Part shown: positions 8,977 through 16,106 of the stretch, one piece after another
Numbering within the stretch: the stretch's first letter is position 1
Layout: each line of letters starts with the position of its first letter
NCBI GenBank assembly: GCA_045634565.1
Contig: JAZRAM010000001.1
Span: forward strand, 1 to 35,041
Origin: Bacilli bacterium
Lineage (GTDB): Bacteria; Bacillota_I; Bacilli_A; RF39; UBA660
Length of the DNA stretch: 35,041 bases
Direction: 5' to 3'
Made by a program: the position numbers and the translations under genes
Notes under the pieces: model-generated
The model's database searches: none
Seen by the model: the letters and a program-made list of their open reading frames with translations, nothing else
Told to the model about the DNA's origin: nothing

Positions 8977-9501
8977 CTTTTTATTGTTAATTCTATTTTT
9001 ATTTAAATTGTATAATATTATCTTCTTGTTTTCTAATGATTTAGGTACATCTATAAGTCTTTGATTAGTAGATCCTCTAAAAGGACAATCTAAGCTTTTT
9101 AAAGAAGGATCAAACTTACCATCTATAAGTACATCTATATTACTTAAAAACTCTAAGATATCTTTACTTCCTTTATTAATAAGTTCTTCATAAGTAAATC
9201 CTGTATATGCCCAGACATTCATACCTAATTCATGAACTTTTTTAGCAAGTATACTACACTCTTTAGCTTGAAACATAGGGTCTCCACCTGAAAAAGTAAC
9301 ACCATCTTGACCAGATAAGTTTTCTATTTCTTCTATTACATCTTCAAGTTCTACCAAATCTCCACCATTAAAATCATGAGTCTGTGGATTATGGCAATTA
9401 GGACAATTATGAGAACATCCTTGAGTCCAAATAACAGTCCTTATACCAACGCCATCTACTATACTATCTGTTTGTAAATCTGCAGCTAATCTAATTTTCA
9501 T
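8956..9501 (-). CDS. nrdG: Anaerobic ribonucleoside-triphosphate reductase activating protein (radical SAM)
   Basis: CSHNCPNCHN (CxxxCxxC cluster) near the N-terminus, GVTFSGGDP, size 181 aa, located downstream of nrdD. Confidence 0.9.
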   Translation of the reverse strand: MKIRLAADLQTDSIVDGVGIRTVIWTQGCSHNCPNCHNPQTHDFNGGDLVELEDVIEEIENLSGQDGVTFSGGDPMFQAKECSILAKKVHELGMNVWAYTGFTYEELINKGSKDILEFLSNIDVLIDGKFDPSLKSLDCPFRGSTNQRLIDVPKSLENKKIILYNLNKNRINNKKKEAIYI

Positions 9502-9671
9502 TATTTAGCACACTTTTCACAATTCATTACTTCTTTAACGCCAGTGTGTTTTACACGATCCTTTTCTTCTGCTCTTTTACCGTTGTTGAATCTTTTTACA
9601 TCTCCACTTAAGTATCCTGTAACTCTTCTAATTCTTTCGAATCCTACACCTTCACCAACTAATTTTTCCAT
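9501..9671 (-). CDS. Stand-alone glycyl-radical module of the class III ribonucleotide reductase (56 aa)
   Basis: ORF below the track cutoff: MEKLVGEGVGFERIRRVTGYLSGDVKRFNNGKRAEEKDRVKHTGVKEVMNCEKCAK. RRVTGYL...FNNGKRAEE..RVKH matches the C-terminal glycyl-radical segment of full-length NrdD (E. coli RRVCGYLG...NAGK.EE...RVKH, from memory). AAGGAGG lies 7 nt upstream of the ATG. The TAA stop overlaps the nrdG ATG (TAATG). Confidence 0.8.
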   Translation of the reverse strand: MEKLVGEGVGFERIRRVTGYLSGDVKRFNNGKRAEEKDRVKHTGVKEVMNCEKCAK

Positions 9672-9682
9672 AATTTACCTCC

Positions 9683-11983
9683 TTAACATCCACATTGATA
9701 GTTTCTTACTTCTTCAAGTGGTACTGAATCAAATTCTTTACGTCCACATCCTGGACACACATCTCCAATTACCCCTACATATCCACATACTGGATCTCTA
9801 TCTACTGGATGGTTAATTGCACCATAACCAATTCCAACTTCTTTCATCATTCTAATTACACTTTCAAATGCATCAACATTCATAGCGGTATTTCCATCTA
9901 ATTCAATATATGAAATATGACCACCGTTTGTTAAATTGTGATATGGAGCTTCTGTTTCAAGTTTATGTTTAATTGAAGTGTTGTAATAAACTGGAACATG
10001 GAATGAGTTTGTATAGTAACTTCTATCAGTTACACCTTTAATTTTTCCATAGATTGCTCTATCTATATTAACAAATCTTCCAGATAATCCTTCTGCTGGA
10101 GTTGCGATTAAAGCAAAGTTTAAATTGTAATCTTTTGAGAATTCATCAGATTTGTTTCTCATAAATTCAATTATTTCTAATCCTAATTTTTGAGCTTTTT
10201 CTGATTCACCATGGTGTTCTCCTATTAAAGCTTTTAAAGTTTCAGCAAGTCCTATAAAACCTAAAGTTAAACTACCATGTTTTAATATTTTTCTCATTCT
10301 ATCTGTTGGTTTTAATTTATCTCCATCAGTCCATACACCTTGTTCAATTAAGAATGGGAAGTTATAACATCTCTTATTACATTGAATTTCAAATCTTTCT
10401 AATAATTGATCTCTAACAAGTTCCATAGTTTCTCCAAGTTCTTTATAGAAACCTTCCATATCTGCTTTATCTCTTTCTTTTAGACAAATACCATATTTAA
10501 TAGCTATTCTAGGTAAGTTTATTGAAGTAAATGATAAGTTACCTCTACCACCTGTTGTTTGATTATTTAAGTCTGTTATATCACTCATAACTCTTGTTCT
10601 ACAACCCATATAACCTACTTCAGTTCTATAATCACCTGGTTTATAGAATGAAAGATTAAATGGTGCATCTAAGAATGAGAAGTTAGGGAATAATCTTTTT
10701 GAAGATACTTCACAAGATAATCTAAAGATATCATAGTCTGGATCTTCCTGATTATAGTTAACTCCTTCTTTTACTTTAAAGATTGATACTGGGAATATTG
10801 GAGTTTCTCCTTTTCCTAATCCAGCATCAGTTGCTTTTAAGAAGTTAAGTGAAACCATTCTTCCTTCTGGACTTATATCAGTACCAAAGTTAATAGATGA
10901 AAATGGTACTTGAGCCCCAGCTCTTGAATGCATTGTATTTAAATTATGAATAAATGCTTCCATAGCTTGATAAGTTAATCTATCAGTTTTAGCAAGTGCT
11001 TTTTCATAAGCTTTAGTAAATAATCTTTCAAGTTGTTCTGAATCTTTATATATAGGTTTAAAAATTTCTATACCAAAGTTAATACTTTCTAACTTGTCTA
11101 TTTCTCTAGCTACTCTATCCATACTTATATGAGAAAGTAATCCTTGTAAATCAAGATAATCATTTATTTGTTGTTTAAATTGCTTTTTAAATGTCATAAG
11201 TACACCAGGTGCCATAAAGAAATCGAATGCTGGAATACTTTGCCCTCCATGTTGATCATTTTGATTTGCTTGAACAGCTATAGCTGCAAGTGCACTAAAA
11301 GATGCGATATCTTTAGGTGGTCTTAAGTAACCATGTCCTGTTGAAAAACCTTTTTTAAATAACCTATCTAATTCAATTTGCATACAAGTCGTAGTTCCCA
11401 TTGCAAGGAAATCCATATCATGAATATGTATCTCTCCATTATCATGAGCATCTGAGAATTTCTTTTTAACTAAATATGCTTTAGCAAACTCTTTTGATAC
11501 AGTAGAGCCATATTGAAGCATAGTTCCCATAGCTGTATCTCCATCTACGTTTGCGTTTTCTCTTTTTGTATCATCTTCTGAAGCAGATTTAAGTCCTAAA
11601 CCTTCAATAGTTTTTAAGAACTTATGCATTCTTTTATCATCAACAAACATTTCCCTTGATTGAGTACGTCTATCTCTATATTCAGCAAATGATACATAAA
11701 CTTCTTCATATCCTTTTTTCTTTAAAGATTCTTCTATTAAGTCTTGTATCTCTTCTATTTTTATTTTATCAGTATAATTTTTTTCTATTTGTTTAATTAC
11801 TTCGTTATAAACTTTAGTAATATCTTTATCATCATATTTATATTTTCCTGTTTCTTCATCTTGTTCATTTACACTATCAAAACCTTTTTTGATAGCAAGT
11901 GCTATTTTAGTACCATCAAAATCTACTTTTTTACCATTTCTTTTGACAACTACTAAGTTTAATTTTTCTTCTGTCTCTGTCAT
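9683..11983 (-). CDS. nrdD: Anaerobic (class III) ribonucleoside-triphosphate reductase large chain, lacking the terminal glycyl-radical segment
   Basis: N-terminal ATP-cone (VVKRNGKKVDFDGTKIALAIKK). Conserved core includes GYMGCRTRV and ATPAEGLSGRF. C-terminal Zn-ribbon-like Cys cluster VCGY...CPGCG...QCGC precedes the TAA. RBS TAGGAGTAAGG. Confidence 0.9.
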   Translation of the reverse strand: MTETEEKLNLVVVKRNGKKVDFDGTKIALAIKKGFDSVNEQDEETGKYKYDDKDITKVYNEVIKQIEKNYTDKIKIEEIQDLIEESLKKKGYEEVYVSFAEYRDRRTQSREMFVDDKRMHKFLKTIEGLGLKSASEDDTKRENANVDGDTAMGTMLQYGSTVSKEFAKAYLVKKKFSDAHDNGEIHIHDMDFLAMGTTTCMQIELDRLFKKGFSTGHGYLRPPKDIASFSALAAIAVQANQNDQHGGQSIPAFDFFMAPGVLMTFKKQFKQQINDYLDLQGLLSHISMDRVAREIDKLESINFGIEIFKPIYKDSEQLERLFTKAYEKALAKTDRLTYQAMEAFIHNLNTMHSRAGAQVPFSSINFGTDISPEGRMVSLNFLKATDAGLGKGETPIFPVSIFKVKEGVNYNQEDPDYDIFRLSCEVSSKRLFPNFSFLDAPFNLSFYKPGDYRTEVGYMGCRTRVMSDITDLNNQTTGGRGNLSFTSINLPRIAIKYGICLKERDKADMEGFYKELGETMELVRDQLLERFEIQCNKRCYNFPFLIEQGVWTDGDKLKPTDRMRKILKHGSLTLGFIGLAETLKALIGEHHGESEKAQKLGLEIIEFMRNKSDEFSKDYNLNFALIATPAEGLSGRFVNIDRAIYGKIKGVTDRSYYTNSFHVPVYYNTSIKHKLETEAPYHNLTNGGHISYIELDGNTAMNVDAFESVIRMMKEVGIGYGAINHPVDRDPVCGYVGVIGDVCPGCGRKEFDSVPLEEVRNYQCGC

Positions 11984-12011
11984 AACCTTACTCCTATCTT
12001 TCTACATTTTA

Positions 12012-12040
12012 AGTATATCATCGCCCTATCAAACAGTCAA
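12012..12040 (-). promoter_or_regulatory. Sigma-A-type promoter for nrdD
   Basis: On the minus strand, TTGACT (12035-12040), a 17-nt spacer, then TATACT (12012-12017), about 30 nt upstream of the nrdD ATG. Confidence 0.55.
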
Positions 12041-12159
12041 TAGATTTTTAATGAAATTTTTTGTTTTTTTTGTAAATTGTTTTTTACTTTTTTTCATTTT
12101 TTGATTCATTTAAAAACCACAAACTCTTATTTTTCAACACTTTTTGATTTTTAATATTC

Positions 12160-12193
12160 AAAAAAAGTGACTTTTTTCAAAAAATCACTTTTT
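12160..12193 (-). terminator. A/U-rich hairpin downstream of the TPR-like gene
   Basis: Near-perfect inverted repeat aaaaaagtgactttttt c aaaaaatcacttttt (one bulged base), flanked by T/A runs. Confidence 0.4.
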
Positions 12194-12216
12194 ACACTTT
12201 TTGTTTTTTTACTTTT

Positions 12217-13080
12217 TTATTTTCTGTTATACCTTTGATTAAATCTATCTATTTGACTCATTCTTTTAACCTTTACAGGTTCTTCTTTTTTCATATAATT
12301 TAAATCTATATATGGTAAATTATCATTGCAATTCATAGGACACATAGTTATAAAATCTTGTGAGTTATGTAGACAAACAACTTTAAAATAATCAACAAGT
12401 TTTTTATCATCTCTACCACATTCATCATACTTAAAATAATATATATCATCATAAAATCCTAAAAATAATCTTTTATCTGATGGAATATACTTTTTTATTT
12501 CTTCTACTACTTCTTTTAAAGGAAAATTTTCTTCAAATATAGATGAATTCGGAACATCTGCTTTTTCATTATAACTAGATAAATGTTTCTCTATATGTTT
12601 ATAAAAGTCTTCTTCTTCATATCTAACTATTTGCTTAAATAAATATGAGTTCACATCTCTTTTTTCATTATTTAATCTACCTGTTCTTTTTTTAGAATAA
12701 AACCAGACACTATTTAAACTTTTATCTACTACTCTACTTATGTTTTTTACACATAATTTATATAATTCTTCATACCTTTCTTGATAAGATAACAATTTCA
12801 TTCTAACAAAAAATAAATTATATTCAAATTTTTCAATTTTATGTTTTTTATTAAAAGCGTCGTTTTTCAAATATTCTTTTTCTACATAATTTAAAACTTT
12901 TTCTGCAAGTTCTAATTCTCCTAAAGTAATTAAGTTAGAACAATAATACGAATAAGCTGAATAATCATCTGGATATTTTTTTAAATATTCTTCATATAAA
13001 ACTCTTGCAGATATCGGATCTTTTTCTCCAAGTTCAAGTGCTTGCTTAAACTCCCAAACATTAAAGTGTTTTTTATTCAT
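12217..13080 (-). CDS. Hypothetical cytoplasmic protein with a TPR-like N-terminal region
   Basis: I prefer the ATG at 13078-13080 (MNKKHFNVWEF...) because it follows AAAGGGGGA and a consensus promoter. The track's upstream extension would overlap the LysR gene. The helical-repeat-like N-terminus (ARVLYEEYLKKYPDDYSAYSYYCSNLITLGELELAEKVL) is the only recognisable element. Confidence 0.7.
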   Translation of the reverse strand: MNKKHFNVWEFKQALELGEKDPISARVLYEEYLKKYPDDYSAYSYYCSNLITLGELELAEKVLNYVEKEYLKNDAFNKKHKIEKFEYNLFFVRMKLLSYQERYEELYKLCVKNISRVVDKSLNSVWFYSKKRTGRLNNEKRDVNSYLFKQIVRYEEEDFYKHIEKHLSSYNEKADVPNSSIFEENFPLKEVVEEIKKYIPSDKRLFLGFYDDIYYFKYDECGRDDKKLVDYFKVVCLHNSQDFITMCPMNCNDNLPYIDLNYMKKEEPVKVKRMSQIDRFNQRYNRK

Positions 13081-13105
13081 AATATCCCCCTTTAAATTGT
13101 TTATT

Positions 13106-13134
13106 ATTATAGTATTATTTATAAAAAATGTCAA
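13106..13134 (-). promoter_or_regulatory. Perfect-consensus sigma-A promoter for the TPR-like gene
   Basis: On the minus strand, TTGACA (13129-13134, overlapping the LysR TGA stop), a 17-nt spacer, then TATAAT (13106-13111). Confidence 0.65.
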
Positions 13135-14015
13135 ATTACACTTTTCAATATTTCAATAAACTTAACTGTAGTAAAACTCGGAATACTATTACTTTTTACC
13201 GCATATACAAGAGTTCTTTTAGGTATCTTAACATCAGTTTTTATTTCAAACAAAGTTTTATTTAATTTATCTGTTATAAACTCCTTTGTTAAAAGAGCTA
13301 TACCAAATCCATTTTCTGTAAAGCTTGTTAAAAGTGAATGACTAACTACTTCCATTTTAGGAGTACAACTTAAATTATTTTCTTTTAAATAATTATTAAA
13401 ATTAGTTCTACTTACAGATGGATACTTTTGTAATAAAAGTTCTTCTTTTAATAAATCTTCTATAGATTCTATTTTTTTATTTTTATATTTTTCACTTCCT
13501 ACAAATATATCATTCAAAGAAGCTATTTCTTTTAATTTTAAATCTTTAATATCTGTATTATTATTTGTAGACATAATAACTATATCTAAATCACCATTTC
13601 TAAGTTTTTTAATTAAGTTATCAGTTAAATCATTTACTACATTTATTACTATATTAGGATATTTATTATTAAATTCTTTTAAATATGGCATTAAAAACTT
13701 TTCAGAAATAATTGTAGTAGCTCCTATATTTATAACTCCAGAATCAAGATTTTTTAATGAGCTAAACTTATTCGCACCATTTACAAAATAACTCATTCCA
13801 TCTTTAATATAATTATAAAGAATCTCTCCTTCAGTAGTTAAAATTACACCTTTAGGTGTTCTTATGAAAAGTTGGCCACCTAACTCACCTTCTAATGTTT
13901 TTATAGATTGAGTTACTGCAGGCTGACTTATCATTAACTTTTCTGCTCCTTTAGAAATACTCTTTTCATTTGCTACTTCATAGAACACTTTGTATAATTC
14001 AAAATTTATATTCAT
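13131..14015 (-). CDS. LysR-family transcriptional regulator
   Basis: N-terminal wHTH (ISKGAEKLMISQPAVTQSIKTLEGELGGQLFIRTPKG) plus a ~200-aa substrate-binding domain. I prefer the start MNINFELYK (ATG 14013-15) after AAGGAGTGA. Divergent from coaB. Confidence 0.88.
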   Translation of the reverse strand: MNINFELYKVFYEVANEKSISKGAEKLMISQPAVTQSIKTLEGELGGQLFIRTPKGVILTTEGEILYNYIKDGMSYFVNGANKFSSLKNLDSGVINIGATTIISEKFLMPYLKEFNNKYPNIVINVVNDLTDNLIKKLRNGDLDIVIMSTNNNTDIKDLKLKEIASLNDIFVGSEKYKNKKIESIEDLLKEELLLQKYPSVSRTNFNNYLKENNLSCTPKMEVVSHSLLTSFTENGFGIALLTKEFITDKLNKTLFEIKTDVKIPKRTLVYAVKSNSIPSFTTVKFIEILKSVI

Positions 14016-14104
14016 ATAATCACTCCTTATATCAAACATAAGTAATATATATTTTTATTATATATTAAAGATTGATATAATACAAGTAGAAAGGAGATAA
14101 AATT

Positions 14105-14875
14105 ATGAAAGAAAAAAATATTTTAATAACAGCAGGACCTACAAATGAGTACATTGATGAAGTTATGAAAATAACTAATATGTCTACTGGTAGACTTGGA
14201 ATTGAACTTACAAAAAATTATTTAAATGAAGGAGATAAAGTTACACTAATCGCAACTAGAAGTGTTTTTAGAAGCGGATTATTTGAAAAGTATAATTTAG
14301 TTAATAATCCTAATCTAATAAGTATACCTATTGAAACAACTGAAGATATGTTTAATGCTTTAAAAAATGAATCAAAAAACAAATACGATTTAGTAATACA
14401 TTCTTCTGCAGTTGGAGATTATAAACCCGAATTTTCATTTAAAATGGAAGATATGGCTGAGGAATTAGCGCTTGCTATAAAAAGTGGTTTAACTACTAAA
14501 GAAGAAATATTAAATATATTAACTAACCCTAACTGTAAAGTAAATGATGATACTAAAATTAGTAGTTATGAACCACATTTAACTGTTAAATTAACTTTAA
14601 CGACTAAGTTAATTTCTAATTTAAGAAAATGGTATAGCGACTCTACTCTAGTTGGATTTAAATTATTAGAAAATGTATCTAAAGAACACTTAATGGATGT
14701 TGCAAGAAAATTATGTATTAAAAATGATATGGATTATATAATTGCTAATGATTTACACGATTTAAGACAAGGCAAACATTTATCTTTCTTAGTAAATAAA
14801 GATGGATATCAAAATGTAGAATTCCACTCTCCAGATGATATCTACTCTACTACAAAAAAATTGATAAAAAAATAA
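14105..14875 (+). CDS. coaB: Phosphopantothenate--cysteine ligase, monofunctional CoaB type
   Basis: ITAGPTNEYIDEVMKITNMSTGRLG, HSSAVGDYKP, KISS, VGFKLL and IIANDL align by eye with my memory of the streptococcal stand-alone CoaB. RBS GAAAGGAGA. Confidence 0.8.
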   Translation: MKEKNILITAGPTNEYIDEVMKITNMSTGRLGIELTKNYLNEGDKVTLIATRSVFRSGLFEKYNLVNNPNLISIPIETTEDMFNALKNESKNKYDLVIHSSAVGDYKPEFSFKMEDMAEELALAIKSGLTTKEEILNILTNPNCKVNDDTKISSYEPHLTVKLTLTTKLISNLRKWYSDSTLVGFKLLENVSKEHLMDVARKLCIKNDMDYIIANDLHDLRQGKHLSFLVNKDGYQNVEFHSPDDIYSTTKKLIKK

Positions 14876-14888
14876 ATTGGTGATAATA

Positions 14889-15665
14889 ATGAATGAATTA
14901 GATAGATTTATAAAAGATGTAAATTTAGTTTTCACTAATACAATTAATAGAATTGATTTTTGTAGAGTTGATTTTGATATAAACTCTCAAAAAATTAATT
15001 ATGAAAATACTATAAATTTATATAAATTAGTTTCTTCATTTAATAAACTTTATATTTCATTCAAAAAGAAATATGACTCTTTAAACAAATTAGAACTTGG
15101 GAAAGACTTAAAAATATTGAGATTTGATAAATTTAATGTTAATGCAGAAAAATATAGAATGCTAGTTATTGACATAATTGATCCGGTAATATGTGATTAT
15201 GACTATACCATATTATACATTTGTGAAAAAGATCAACATATATATTCTTTTATAACTAGCGGAGGTAATCCTCTAGACAAGAATTTTTATAAAAAAGATA
15301 TAAAACTAGATTCAATAAGTTGCAAAAAATATTTGGATTTATTTGAAGAGCACCAATTATTATTAGAAACTTATGAATATTTAAAAAGTAAATTTGTATA
15401 TGGTGATGGTACTAATGTTTTAAGAACAAGAATACATGGAAATTTATTAGATAATTTAACTTGCTTTGAAATAGATTTTGGTCAAGCATTTATCAATACT
15501 GAATTCTCTGTAGACTTATTTATAAATCTAGGTAAAAATTTAAATATAGACGTTGATAAATGTGAAATTATTTTAGATAGTGAATCAATTACTCCAAACA
15601 AAGAAATTACTAATAAACTTTTAAATGAAGTACATGTAAATAAAAAATATTTAAAAAGAAAATGA
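14889..15665 (+). CDS. Hypothetical protein A (258 aa), no recognisable family
   Basis: ATG at 14889 follows GGTGA and lies 14 nt after the coaB stop, so co-transcription is likely. There is no TM segment and no catalytic motif that I recognise. Confidence 0.6.
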   Translation: MNELDRFIKDVNLVFTNTINRIDFCRVDFDINSQKINYENTINLYKLVSSFNKLYISFKKKYDSLNKLELGKDLKILRFDKFNVNAEKYRMLVIDIIDPVICDYDYTILYICEKDQHIYSFITSGGNPLDKNFYKKDIKLDSISCKKYLDLFEEHQLLLETYEYLKSKFVYGDGTNVLRTRIHGNLLDNLTCFEIDFGQAFINTEFSVDLFINLGKNLNIDVDKCEIILDSESITPNKEITNKLLNEVHVNKKYLKRK

Positions 15666-15670
15666 TTAAG

Positions 15671-16003
15671 TCATTTTCTTTTTGTTTTTTGTTTTTCAAT
15701 TGTTTTTAACTTTTCCCCTACTCTGCATACAGGTAAAGTCTCACCATATTTTAATTTTTGTTGTTTCATCCATCCATCTAAAGAAAATTTAAATACAGGA
15801 ACATCATCAATTTCGTTAAGTTCTGGATGTATGTTTAATAAGTGTTCTTTCATTTCTTCTATTAAAACACATATTCCACAAGTAGTTATACTGGGATCAT
15901 TATACATAAACCAAACTAATTCAAAAACTTCATTAAAATCATCTACGAAACTTTTATTAGTTATTATGGATAATATAGTTTCTAATTTAAAATCTTTTTG
16001 CAT
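15671..16003 (-). CDS. Hypothetical protein B (110 aa), no confidently recognisable family
   Basis: I prefer the ATG at 16001-16003 (MQKDFKLETILSIITNK...) after GGGAAG. It is convergent with protein A, with stops 5 nt apart. The C-terminus is basic (KQKTKRK). Confidence 0.55.
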   Translation of the reverse strand: MQKDFKLETILSIITNKSFVDDFNEVFELVWFMYNDPSITTCGICVLIEEMKEHLLNIHPELNEIDDVPVFKFSLDGWMKQQKLKYGETLPVCRVGEKLKTIEKQKTKRK

Positions 16004-16050
16004 ATAATCATCTTCCCATCTATAAAAATTATAGCACACCTATTTATTTG

Positions 16051-16079
16051 TTGTAAACAAAAATAGTTTTTGATATAAT
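16051..16079 (+). promoter_or_regulatory. Sigma-A promoter with extended -10 for the repeat protein gene
   Basis: TTGTAA (16051-56), a 17-nt spacer, then TGaTATAAT (-10 at 16074-79), followed by GGGAGG and a GTG start. Confidence 0.6.
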
Positions 16080-16106
16080 ATTTATATAAATTAGGGAGGT
16101 TTTATT

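Noticed and set aside
9660-9700. The nrdD / glycyl-radical split as a simple sequencing frameshift or programmed frameshift
   Set aside because: Both relevant frames are closed by TAA codons in an order that no single indel can bypass. A canonical AAGGAGG-N7-ATG sits exactly in the junction. I therefore treat it as a real gene boundary, though read-level confirmation is still advisable.
9544-12104. Plus-strand track ORFs 9544-9816, 11744-11956 and 11889-12104
   Set aside because: These are antisense to the glycyl-radical ORF and nrdD, or run through the nrdD promoter and leader. The composition is low complexity and no RBS is present.
12041-12105. Phased A-tracts (curved DNA or UP element) upstream of the nrdD -35
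   Set aside because: Six T5-T8 runs are present, but their centre-to-centre spacings (about 8 to 15 nt) are not helically phased. This is probably just AT-rich spacer.
11984-12216. NrdR boxes, an FNR/Rex-type operator or a riboswitch (for example cobalamin) in the nrdD upstream region
   Set aside because: The transcribed leader is only about 30 nt by my promoter call, too short for a riboswitch. I saw no 16-bp acaCwAtATaTwGtgt-like palindrome. The GTGA-N14-TCAC palindrome has the wrong spacing for Rex or CRP/FNR sites and is better explained as the neighbouring gene's terminator.
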